Assembly: GCF_004010195.1 (NCBI RefSeq) | Contig: NC_057719.1 | Location: 67,719,705-67,783,704 of the forward strand | Length of the DNA: 64,000 nt | Source of the DNA: Chiloscyllium plagiosum | Taxonomy: Eukaryota | Direction of reading: 5' to 3' | In this document: in pieces, positions 1-11,924 of the stretch | Position numbering within the stretch: position 1 is the stretch's first letter | Layout of the letters: every line of letters begins with the position of its first letter | The notes under the pieces: model-generated | The model's database searches: none | What the model saw: the letters and a program-made list of their open reading frames with translations, nothing else | Told to the model about the DNA's origin: nothing | Made by a program: the position numbers and the translations under genes

Positions 1-3000
1 GGACTCCCAGTCTCAGCATGGACTCCCCATCACAGCACAGACCCCCAGTCTCAGCACGGACACCCCATCTCAGCACGGACTCCTGATCTCAGCACAGACT
101 CCCGATCTCAGCACGGACTCCCCATCTCAGCATGGACTCCTGATCTCAGCATGGACTCCCCATTTCAGCATGGACTCGCCATCTGAGCATGGACTCCCAG
201 TCTCAGCAGGGACTCCCACTCTCTGCACAGATTCCCCGTTTCAGCACGGACTCCCCGTCATAGCACGGACTCCCCATTTCAGCATGGACTCCCAGCCTCA
301 GCACGGATCCCCAGCCTCAGCACGGACACCCAGCCTCGGCATGACTCCTGATCTTAGCAAGGACTCCCCATCTCAGCATGGAATCCCCATCTCAGCACAG
401 ATTCCCGAACACAGCACTGATTCCCAATCATAGCATTGTCTCCCAGCCTCAGCACAGTCCCCCGGCCTCAGCACGGACTCCCAGTCTCAGCACGGACTCC
501 CAGCCTCAGCATGGACTCCCACTCTCTGCACGGACTCCCCGTCTCAGCATGGACTCCTGATCTCAGCACGGACACGCCATCTCAGCATGGACTCCCAGCC
601 ACAGCACGGACTCCCAGTCTCAGCATGGACTCCCCATCACAGCACAGACCCCCAGTCTCAGCACGGACACCCCATCTCAGCACGGACTCCTGATCTCAGC
701 ACAGACTCCCGATCTCAGCACGGACTCCCCATCTCAGCACGGACTCCTGATCATAGCACGGACTCCCCATTTCAGCATGGACTCCCAGCCTCAGCACGGA
801 CTCCCAGCCTCAGCATGGACTCCCAGCCTCAGCACGGAATTCCAGCCTCAGCACGGAATCCCAGCCTCAGCACGGACTCCCAGCCTCAGCACGGACTCCC
901 AGCCTCAGCACAGACTCACAGCCTCAGCATGGACTCCCAGCCTCAGCACGGAATCCCAGCTTCAGCATGGACTCCCAACCTCAGCACGGACTCCCAGCCT
1001 CAGCACGGACTCCCAGCCTCAGCACAGACTCCCCATCTCAGCATGGACTCCCAGCCTCAGCACAGGCTCCAAGCTTCAGCATGGTCTCCCAGCCTCAACA
1101 CGGACTCCCCATCTCAGCACGGACTCCCAGCCTCAGCACAGGCTCCAAGCCTCAGAATGGGCTCCCAGCCTTAGCACGGACTCCCAACCTCAGCAAGGAT
1201 TCCCAGTCTCAGCACGGAATCCGCATCTCAGAACGGTATCCCAGCCTCAGTACAGACCCCAAGCCTTAGCACGGACCCCCAGCCTCAGCATGGATTCCTG
1301 ATCTCAGCAAGGACTCCCCATCCCAGCACGGACTCTCAGTCTCAGCACAGATTCCCGGCCTCAGCACAGACTCCCGATCTCGGCACAGGCTCCCCATCTC
1401 AGCACGGATTCCCGATCTCAGCACGGACCCCCAGCCTCAGCACAAACTCCCAGCCTCAGCACGGACTCCTAGTCTCAGCATGGACCCCCAGCCTCAGCAT
1501 GGACTCCTAGTCTCAGCATGCACACCCAATATCTGCAAGGACTCCTGATCACAGCACAGACTCCCAGCCTCAGCATGGACTCCTGAGCTCAGCAAGGACT
1601 CCCCATCTCAGCACGGACTCTCAGCCTCAGCATGGATTCCCAGCTTCAGCACAGGCTCCAAGCTTCAGCATGGGCTCCCAGCCTCAACACAGACTCCCAG
1701 CCTCAGCACGGACTCCCAGTCTCAGCACGGATTCCCGGCCTCAGCACGGACCCCCAAACTCAGCACGGACCCCCAGTATCAGCACGGACTCCCAGCCTCA
1801 GCACAGACTCTTGATCTCAGCACGAACTCCCAGCCTCAGCATGGACGCCCAGCCTCAGCACGGAATCCCAGCCTCAGCACGGACTCCCCATCTCAGCATG
1901 GGCTCCCAGCCTCAGCACGGACTCCCCATCTCAGCAAGGACTCCCAACCTCAGCAAGGATTCCCAGTCTCAGCACAGAATCCGCATCTCAGAACGGACTC
2001 CTAGCCTCAGCATGGACCCCAAGCCTCAGCATGGACCCCCAGCCTCAGCATGGACTCCTGATCTCAGCAAGGACTCCCCATCTCAGCACAGACTCTCAGT
2101 CTCAGCACAGATTCCCAGCCTCAGCACAGACTCCCAATCTCAGCACAGACTCCCGATCTCAGCATGGACTCCCAGCCTCAGCACGGACCCCCAGCCTCAG
2201 CACAAACTCCCAGCCTCAGCACGGACTCCTAGGCTGAGCATGGACTCCCAGTCTCAGCATGAACATCCAATATCTGCATGGACTCCTGATCACAGCACAG
2301 ACTCCCAGCCTCAGCACGGACTCCTGAGCTCAGCAAGGACTCCCCATCTCAGCACAGCCTCCCAGTCTCAGCATGGATTCCCAGCTTCAGCACTGGCTCC
2401 AAGCTTCAGCATGGACTCCCAGCCTCAACACAGCTCCCAGTATCCGCATGGACTCCCAGCCACAGCACGGAATCCCAGCCTCAGCACTGAATCCCAGCCT
2501 CAGCACAGACTCACGGCCTCAGCACGGGCTCCCGGCCTCAGCACGAACTCCAAGCTTCAGCATGGGTTCCCAGCCTCAGCACCGACTCCCGGCCTCAGCA
2601 CGGACCCCCAACCTCAGCACGGACCCCCAGTATCAGCACAGACTCTCAGTCTCAGCACAGACTCTTGATCCCAGCACAAACTCCCAGTCTCAGCACGGAC
2701 TCCCAGCCTCAGCATGGACACCCAGCCTCAGCATGGACTCCGATATCTGCACGGACTCCTGATCACAGCACAGACTCCCAGCCTCAGCACGGGCTTCTGA
2801 TCTCAGCAAGGACACTCCATCTCTGCACGGACTCCCAGCCTCAGCATGGACTCCCAGCCTCAGCACAGGGTCCAAGCTTCAGCATGGACTCCCAGTGTCA
2901 GCACAGACTCCCAGCCTCAGCACAGACTCCCAGCCTCAGCATGGACTACCAGTGTCAGCACAGACTCCCAGCCTCAGCATGGACTCCCAGTCTCAGCACG

Positions 3001-4126
3001 GAATCCGCACCTCAGCACGGAAACCCCATCACAGCACAGACCCCCCAGTGTCAGCACAGATTCCCAACCTCAGCATGGACTCCCCATCTCAGCACGGACC
3101 CCCCGCTGCAGCACGGACTCTCGGCCTCAGCACAAACTCCCAGTCTCAGCACGGATTCCCGGCCTCAGCACGGATTCCCGGCCTCAGTACGGACCCCCAA
3201 CCTCAGCACGGACCCCCAGTCTCAGCACAGACTCCCAGTCTCAGCACAGACTCCTGATCCCAGCACAAACTCCCAGTCTCAGCATGGACTCCCAGCCTCA
3301 GCATGGATGCCCAGCCTCAGCATGAACTACCAATATCTACACGGACCCCTGATCACAGCACAGATTCCCAGCCTCAGCACGGGCTCCCAGCTTCAACACG
3401 GTCTCCTGGTCACAGCGCAGACTCCCAGCCTCAGCACAGACTCCAAGCCTCAGCACGGACTCCTGATCTCAGCACTGACTCCCAGTCTCAGCACGGACTT
3501 CCTGCCTCAACACAGACTCCTGATCTCAGCACGGACTCCCTATCAAAGCACTGACTCTCGGACTCAGCACAGACTCCCACTCTCAGCACAGACTCCTAGC
3601 CCCAAAATGGCCTCCCACTCTCAGCACAGACTCCCAATCTCAGCACAGACTCCCAAACTCAGCACAGACTCCCGATCTCAGTACGGACTCCCCAGTCTCA
3701 GCACAGACTTCCGATCTCAGCACGGACTCCCAGTCTCAGCACGGACTCCCCAAATCAGCACGGACTCCCCATCTCAGCATGGACTCCCCATCAGAGCACG
3801 GACTCCCGGCCTCAGCACGGACTCCCAGTCTCAGCACGGACTCCCGATCTCAGCACGGACTCCTGATCTCAGCACGGACTCCCGATCACAGCACGGACTC
3901 CCGATCACAGCACGGACTCTCGATCACAGCACGGACCCCCAGCCTCAGCACGGACTCTCAGCCTCAGCACGGACTCTCAGCCTCAGCACGGACTCACAGT
4001 CTCAGCACAGAATCCCGATCTCAGTACAGACTCCCGATCTCAGCACAGACCCCCGATCACACATCCCCGATCTCAGCACGGACCCCTGATCACAGCATGG
4101 ACCCCCGATCACAGCACGGATTCCTG
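1..4126. repeat. 19-bp minisatellite array, consensus ~CTCAGCACGGACTCCCAGC, open at the window start
   Basis: More than 200 degenerate tandem units. They explain all ORFs at 170-4189: 3 units = 57 nt = the 19-aa repeat SQPQHGLPASARTPSLSTD in all three + frames. Confidence 0.98.
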
Positions 4127-5524
4127 TTGACCCCTATGACCAGGAGTTATTCTGTGCTTAATTTCCAAGGGTACAAGCTATGGGCATGACCATAGAAAAG
4201 AGGCAGGCTATTGGATGTAATGTCCCCTTCACAGGTCTCTGCCTGGACCTGTTAAATTTCTCTTTATATACGCTCAAATAATTATCCGATGAGTTAGCCC
4301 CACTTGTATACTCTTAGCCCTACTTTATGTAATTAACACTGTCATAATTCTAAGCAACAATAAATTCAACAAGAATTACAAATCCACTTTAGGAAGAAAG
4401 TAGAGGGAAAATATATGTTTTATCACTATGCTAAAACTTAACAAAAATGCTTCTTGAAAGCAAGAATTACCACAAACTCACCATGGAAAGTCAAACAAAG
4501 GTGCATTTTGTAATTTAAATTGCTTAACATCCAAAAGGTGCAAGAAGAGGAAAGCAAAATTTCTTGATGTTAACCAAGATTTATGAAGTGTTAAATACAT
4601 AATACTATACCCATGGGGCCCCATATTTTGCGGTATCAGTTAGGATTGTAATATATTTGCAGTGCCAATCATGTGCGACATTATTTCAGTATATTTGCTG
4701 TTTTACAGTGATGGATTCTCACGCTACAAGAAAACTGCAATAAAAAATATCAACTACATATAAGTGACTACCTATGAACAGATCATGAATAAGCTACTCT
4801 TCTCTTTCTAAAATAGATCACTTACGAACTGAATTCGAATTGATAAAAGGAACACATAAATTGGGATTAAAAGGGTGAGTACCATCATAACCTGCAAAAT
4901 ATTAACACATTGACAGAGAAAACAATAGCTTCCAGAGTTTATTCAAAATTCAATCAAGATAAAGCAACTCTTCAACCAATCTACCTTACTATTATTAAGA
5001 AAACAGAAATGCAAAAAAATAAAATTAAGAACAATTGTGTTCCAACCTTATGTCCACAATAAAAAACAAAAATCCTACTATCTGTTACTTGATTCCATTT
5101 TCTAATTGAAACTAAACCTCATGATTATGTTCTACTATATTAAGAGATAGAACCCATTATATTTTGCAATGTGACAGATGGTCATAAGTATGAGACCTCA
5201 TCACCACAACACAAAACTGATATCATTAATTTAACACAGTGCAATTCTCAACCTAGGAGGTATCGTGGAATTTTGCACAAGCTTATTATCAACTTGGCAT
5301 CTGCTGAAATTCAAAGCTGGAGATTACAGACACTTGATCTATCATTAACTCAAGAATTGCAAATACATCCAACTGGTAATAAACTGTGAACAGTTATTTT
5401 AATAAAACAGTTTTATGAAGCTTATACATTTATATAATACAAAGACAAATCACTATATTTTGATCACTTGCAAATAATTAGTTACCTAACCAATATTACA
5501 AGGAAAATGCAGATGTTATTGGAA

Positions 5525-5806
5525 GTGATGGGCAAACAGAGGAAATAACATTCTACAGATGAATAATGGTTATTCAATTAAACAAGTGTGAGAGAAAGGT
5601 TGTGGGTGGTGATTGGCTTAAGCAAGTGGTTGGTAGCTGACGAAGGGAGTGATGGGAGCCAATTCACAAGGCCTTCAAAAGAGATTTGTAGGGCTGCAGG
5701 GGGAGGAAGAGGTGGAATTAAGTTGAATTACTCTTGCAGAGAGCCAGCACAGACACTACAAACTGAATCGCGCCCTTTTGCACAGCGGCTATTCTATTAT
5801 TCTATG
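5525..5806 (+). mobile_element. Old CR1-type LINE 3' fragment
   Basis: Degenerate CR1-like 3' region ending in a short repeat tail ATTCTATTATTCTATG. Confidence 0.6.
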
Positions 5807-6359
5807 TAGCAAGGCAACAGCTGAAAAAAAGTAATAGAATTATCTAGTGACTCTTCCCTTTATATTTTGGGAAAGAAATTCAACTTGTTCTAAAGAAATA
5901 TAAAAAGGATGCTAAACAGATCAGAAAATAACGTGAACTTTCAGGTCATAGTGTCATAAATTTATTCAAATGGAAAATTGAAAATGCAAATTGATAATGT
6001 ATTTCAATTGTAAACACTATTATGAACTAAATAAGGAAACTTTAAAAAATCAAATTCACAACGATGGTTTTTAGCTAAATGAAAAAGGATTAAAGAGTTA
6101 TGAACAAACCTATTCATGAGATTTGTAAATGCACACTGGAAATTGGGAAATCCCTGTGAGCACACCTGGAATAGACAATGTTTTCTTTCTCTCTGATCAT
6201 GTGGGCTCTAATGATTGTGAATAATGTGAGACCCTTCAAGGGGCAATTGCATTAATCAGGTACTTTTACAGTATCGGCTGAAGTTGTCTTAATCGTAGCA
6301 CTGTGCATGTGAAATGCATGCAATGTATAACAGTGTACAGTGCAAATGTTTGGAATATT

Positions 6360-6692
6360 TAGATTAAAGAATCCTTATAGTGTGGAAACAGGCTCTTTGG
6401 CCCAACAAGTCCATACACACTCTCCAAAGAGTATCCCCCCCAAACCATTCCCCTACGCTACTACTCTACAATTACCCCTAAATAACACATCCCAAAACAC
6501 TATGGGCAATTTAGCATGGCCAATTCACCTAACCTGCACATCTTTGGACTGTGGGAGAAAAGCGGAGCACCTGGAGGAAACCTACGCAGACACGGGGAGA
6601 ATATGTAAACTCCACACAGACAGTCGCCCAAGGTTGAAATCAAACCCAGGTCCCTGACGCTATAAGGCAGTAGTGCTAACAACTGAGTGCTA
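6360..6692 (-). mobile_element. HE1-like tRNA-derived SINE, near full length
   Basis: Minus strand has a tRNA-like head (CTCAGTTGTTAGCACTACTGCC...CCTGGGTTTGATTTC), the body GTGTGGAGTTTACATATTCTCCCCGTGTCTGCG, and a CR1-like 3' end TTGGGCCAAAGAGCCTGTTTCCACACT. Homologous to 58470-58781. Confidence 0.9.
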
Positions 6693-7194
6693 ACCCTAAC
6701 ACAAGTATTCTTGATCATGCCATCAGTCATTGCATATTGAAGATGATCATCTCTGTGAAGCAGAGGTAATCACAGGCAGCAGTAAAAATGTCATCTGTGG
6801 ACCACAATTCACACAGATGATGTAAGTTTTCATAGTATGATTTGAATTGCCCTTGATAGGCTTTGCACTTAAATTAATCAATTGAAAACCATGGGTGATT
6901 TTCCTTGTGGTGGTTAATAGAAGGAAATAAAAATGCCATAAAAAGGCAAACCCAGGAATGGGTCTGCAGAACTGCCTGTCCTGGGCAGGGACTCGCTTAT
7001 ATATGCCATGAGTGGCAGCTGTATTCTGGTGTTCAACATTAGATGGTGCTCCTTTCCAGTCAGGCTCCCTGAGTTAGATACACCACTTACTGAGAAGTAG
7101 CAAATTCTAGAGGCACCATTTAGGCTATATACATATTTAAATATTCAGTTGTGAGCTTAAGATCACTTCTGGATATTAAAAAGAAGTTTTCATG

Positions 7195-7302
7195 TCGCTT
7201 GCAGAGAGTGGTAGTGTCCCTACCTCTGAACCAGGCTGTCTGGGTTCAAGTCTCACCTGCTCCAGAAATGTGTAATAATTGCTGTGAAGGGATTGATTCA
7301 AA
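7195..7302 (+). mobile_element. Short tRNA-derived SINE remnant
   Basis: A-box-like AGAGTGGTAG and B-box-like GGTTCAAGTC in tRNA spacing, but no complete cloverleaf. Confidence 0.55.
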
Positions 7303-7699
7303 AATGCTTCAGATAACGCTGGCTACACTGGAGCAAAGGACGGATGTCATTGCAGCTTCAACTGTAAGTATTTGTCAATGTGTTCTTATATGCCTTTCTT
7401 GCATGATGTGGGGCTGGGAGGCTAAAGTCTCTGCACTCATACTGCATTTACAATCTCCCATTGCCTTGTTGTGCTATGACCTATGCTGTATTCATTGGTT
7501 TAAGGCCCCTATGTGAACCATATAGAGGCATTCATGGGCCTTCTTGTTGGAGCCTTCCATCTCCTACTGGATGAAGGTTTACACTTAACCATTATTTGTG
7601 AGTCATGTGAAAGCTGACTGCTCACATCACGAAGGACATGCTCTTAAGCTGCCCACACACAGGTTCACAAGGAGGATGAAATGGTGGGTCCATCCACTG

Positions 7700-9280
7700 C
7701 GGGGATTATTGCTGGTGTGCAGCAATGATACAGAGAAATGAAAAAGGAACAGATACATCAACAAGCCCAACACCAGCAATAATCTCCAGCAAATGCCAAA
7801 CAGCATTCACATGAAGAGATTGCAGGAGAAGGTCACCTCAGGATGTGCAGGAGGCTCCATTTTCTCCAGCTGAGTGAGGCTTAGTGTCACCACAAACTGA
7901 GGATGTCCCGAGATGTTGTCACAGATCTGTGCTAGCTGCTGGTGTGTGAGACCTGCAACATGAAAGAGTGGGCAGCCATTCCATCAACAAGACAGCTCCA
8001 CTGCACAATATGTAAAGAAGCCACTGCACATCTGGCACTGGCAATCCTTAATCAACAAAAGGCTGTTCCCAATATAATTTTTGCCAGGTCACATTGTTTC
8101 GTTTCATTTCCCTGTGTCAAGTTCAGTGCTGTAGCCTAGGCAGTACACTTTGGAAATATAATTGGCTTGACTCAGGTGCAGGATACTATAGACTGTAAAC
8201 ATGTTATGTTGAGAGTATTATATTAAAGTACAGTTGACTTTATCAATAGAAAAGATCCAATTCCATCAATGCACAAGTATCTGCGTTCATTGTTACTACA
8301 TCTTAGTTTGTGTCATGCACATTGGGAGCAATCTTGATGCTTATATCCTTGAGAACTCTCATATTCTTGCTTGTTTTAAGGGGTGGATGCCTTAAAAAGA
8401 TAGTTCATGGCAGAAAAAGGCAATCCTCTGCAACCATGGCTGTTGACTCCATTACACAATCCCTGTAACTGAGGGCAAGTTGCAATGCAGCCCACTCTTC
8501 CATCAGGGCGATTGTGGAGCGGACAATAAGCCTGCTGAAGGTGAGGCTCTGCTGCTTCAATTGATCTGGGCAGGTCTTGCTGTACACTTCACTAGATTGT
8601 GCAGCAATCTAGAATGAGAAGCCATAGTTTTAGAATGGGGGTAGAAGATCTGAAACTGATGATGAGAAATTACTTCTCAAAGGATCATGCATCTGCAGAA
8701 TTCACTCCGCCAGAGTACGGTTGTGCTGAGGCAACGGATGAATTTACAGAGGAGATATATAGATTTTTAATTAGTAACTGGTTGAAGGGTTATGGGGAGT
8801 GGACAGGAAAATGTAGTTGAGGCTGGGTTGATAGCAGCCATGATTGTATTTTATTTTGTGGAGCAGGCTCAAGGGCATGAATTTCCTACTCTTGCTCTTG
8901 TTCTTATGTTTCATGTACACTACAGACAGAATTGGTGACATCATCCGAGAATGTCATGTTCTGCACAAATGGAGCAGGCAACAAGGGAATGTTATGGTCA
9001 CAGAGGAGCTGAAAGAGTGAGGAAGATGAAAACCATTGAGTGAGAGGAATAGCATCTTCTACATAAGAGAGTGCTGCAGATGCATTAATCAAGACAGGAC
9101 TTAACTGAAAAGCCAGTTACAGTAGATGTGAGCTGCATGCAATGATTGCTTATTGAGTGTAAATTTGTTGCAGCCTAAAAGCCAACTCATCTACCTGTTC
9201 CCAAAGCCAAATGCAGCTTCTGTCTGTTTGTTTGTTCATTCTTCAACTTGGTTGTTGCTGAATAAAAGTGAACCTTTTGA
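7700..9280 (+). mobile_element. PIF/Harbinger (HARBI1-like) transposase fossil, copy 1
   Basis: Frameshifted motifs: FINRK..SINAQ (~8240), GSNLDAYIL (~8322), WLLTP, RAIVERTISLLKVR (~8505), CHVLHK (~8952). Interrupted by a CR1 fragment. Downstream non-coding sequence is shared with copy 2. Confidence 0.8.
8608..8910 (+). mobile_element. CR1 LINE 3' fragment inserted in the Harbinger fossil
   Basis: ORF2 C-terminus-like translation SRMRSHSFRM...MRNYFS...LKGYG followed by a CR1-like 3' UTR. Confidence 0.8.
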
Positions 9281-9514
9281 ACATTTGAAGGTTTTCCCGT
9301 GTGTGATGGTTCCATGTTGAACAATGAGAAGATGCTGGGCTATCCTGGCCATTGAGGAAAGAGTAGCTCTCACTTAGACAGGGTGGTAAAGTGCAATGAA
9401 GCTAAGGAAGGGCTAGGTGAGAGGTTTGGTTTCTAAATAGAGAAAGATGTAAGAACATGTCACTATGCCCTCAGAACCTTGGATTTGTGGTTACTCTACC
9501 ACAATTTTGTTTTT

Positions 9515-9690
9515 ACTTATTCATTTGTGGGCATTGCTGGCTGACCAGCATTTATTGCCGGTCCCTTGTTGTCCTTGAGAAGGTAGTGGTGAGCTGCCTC
9601 TTTGAATAGCTGCAGTCTAGTGGTTGATCCACAGTGCCCTAAGGGAGGGAATTCCAGGATTTTGACCCAGCAACAACAAAGGAATGTGAG
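9515..9690 (-). mobile_element. 3' end of an old CR1/L2-group LINE
   Basis: Reverse complement CTCAAGGACAACAAGGGACCGGCAATAAATGCTGG matches the ends at ~30085-30125 and 62880-62948. Confidence 0.7.
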
Positions 9691-10689
9691 CAGTGAAGGG
9701 CAGCTGTAGCCTGCCAGTGCTTGTCTGGTGTATGGCTAAGCTTTTAAAGAATTTGCAAGGATCCAGTTTCTTCTGTAAGGGTCAAGTACATGGCAAGTGA
9801 GGGTATGTACAATCAGGGTGCCATAAAAGTGTGGTGCATGGGTAATGGGCAAGTTTGGGAATATACAACTCTCTCAGCCTCACAGAGATAGAATCCCTCT
9901 ATGAAACTCACCAAAATTGGCACTTAACCAATTTCTGGTAAGATTCGGCCCAAAGAGAGGAGGGGAATATTCTCCACTGGTTTGAGTCAAATTGAGGTTG
10001 TGGTTGTTTTGAGGTCCATCAATGCGGCACTAGGACATCACGGTAGGAGATTGTGTCCTAGCCAAATTATCTTCTGCAGCTTCATTTCCCCTCCTCCATC
10101 ATAAGGTTAAAAGTGGGATGTTTGTTGACGACTACACAATGTTCAGCATTATTCGTGACTCCTCAGATAATGATACTGTCCATGTCCATATGCAGCAACA
10201 ACAGCGGGCCTGGATCTGTTAATTAGTAAGTAATTTTCATGTCTTACAAATATCAGGCAATGACCATATCCCACGAGAGAATTTAACAATCACCCTTTAA
10301 CATTTAATTGGATTATCATAACTGCATTTTACCATCATCAACATGGGAACTATCATTGACCAGAAGCTGAACTGGAACAGCCATATAACACAGAGCACAA
10401 AAAAAATAGGAGTGGAAATAGGTCTTGTGCCTTTGAGTCTGCTCTGCACTGGCTACAGGTCAAAGGCTGGGGTTCTATGTTGAGTAATTCAACACCTTTC
10501 TCCCCAATGCCTGTCCATCATTTACAAGTCAAGTGTCTGATGGAATATTCTTCACTTGCCTCACCTCCAACAAGACTCTTAAGTTCAACACCATCCAAAA
10601 CAAAACAGCTCACTTTATTAGCTCCTCATCCTTCATCTTCAACAGTCATTTTCTTCACAACTGTGTGTGGCAGCTACAAGGCCCTGCAG

Positions 10690-11262
10690 TTCCCTGGATT
10701 GTCAGAGACTAAGGGGTGACCTTATAGAGTTTTATAAACTCCTGAGGGGTATGGATAGGGTATAGACAAGGTCTTTTACCCAGGGTGGGAAATCCAAAAC
10801 TGGTGGTGGGGGGGGGCAGGGGGCACAAGTTTAAAATGAGAGGGGAAAAATATAAAAGGATAGTGCATGTATGGAATGAGCTGCTAGAGGAACAGATGGA
10901 GGCCGGTGTAATGACAACATTTAAAAGGCATTTGAATGAGTTTATGAATAGGAAGGGCTTAGAGGGATATGGGCCAAATACTTGCAAATGGGACCAGGTT
11001 AATTTAGGATATCTGGTCGGCATGGACGAGTTGGACCGAAGGGTATGTTTCGTGCTGTACATGTCAATGACTCTATGACTCCATGACTCACCAAGGGACC
11101 TCTGACTGTATGTTTCAAACTTGAGGAAGGGCTTAGAGGGATATGGGCCAAATACTTGCAAATGGGACCAGATTAATTTAGGATATCTGGTCGGCATGGA
11201 CGAGTTGGACCGAAGGGTATGTTTCCGTGCTGTACATGTCAATGACTCTATGACTCCATGAC
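10690..11262 (+). mobile_element. Younger CR1 (HER1-like) 3' end with a duplicated terminus
   Basis: Translation RGHKFKMRGEKYK...VWNEL...FKRHLNEFMNRKGLEGYG and a (GACTCTAT)-like tail. Same family as 40708-43645. Confidence 0.9.
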
Positions 11263-11298
11263 TCACCAAGGGACCTCTGACTGTATGTTTCAAACTTG
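10950..11298. repeat. Tandem duplication of 174/175 bp (10950-11123, 11124-11298)
   Basis: The two copies differ by one substitution and one 1-nt indel. The unit spans the CR1 tail plus flanking host sequence. Confidence 0.95.
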
Positions 11299-11924
11299 TA
11301 AACTCCATCACCTAGAAGGGCAAAAGAGTAGTTGCAAGGGAATGTTACCATTTGCAGGTTCCCCTCTAAACCACACACCACATTGACTTAGAATTCCACT
11401 GCCATTCCTTCACCTGTCACTGGGTCAAAATCCTGCAAGTCTCTTCCTACCAGGAATGGGAAGGTCTTTGTTTAATTCGCTATTGAACTTTTCTAATTGA
11501 GCCAATCATTTTTAACAATAGTTTCATCTTCCACTCATCACCATTATCTTAGACGGCTTACAAAAATCCTTAGCTCCTGCACTTCCTCATTGTATAAAAT
11601 CCGATCATATATATTGAACTGCTTATGCATTTACGTAGTTCTATTTGTCTACTATATTACCCAGCATCTGACCCTGCCCACCCATCCCCCAACCTTTCTG
11701 TAATATCTCTATGCCATAGACTACTTCTCTGATATCCATTCTTAGTTGACTGGTCATTTTATCCAACACAAACTCTTTGCCTGCTGTTAATTATTCCATA
11801 ACTGCTACTCACCAGTACAATCTAGCCTACTGTATTAGTTTAATCTAATCTCAATCACACCTCAACATCCTATATGATCCAAAGTTGAGCTTCAGACCAT
11901 ATACCTTATCATCATAAAAATAAA

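Larger units (their letters stand above)
9965..11455 (+). mobile_element. Old CR1/L2-group LINE RT/3' region, interrupted by a younger CR1
   Basis: GTGGGATGTTTGTTGACGAC (F-V-D-D, RT YxDD-like motif) at ~10115. Homologous to 15075-15218 and 29335-30150. Confidence 0.7.

Noticed and set aside
1..4126. CRISPR array
   Set aside because: Contiguous tandem units with no unique spacers, no cas genes, and a eukaryotic context.
170..4189. Long ORFs (up to 474 aa) as a mucin-like gene
   Set aside because: They are a by-product of a 19-bp unit that is not a multiple of 3; the same peptide appears in all frames with scattered stops.
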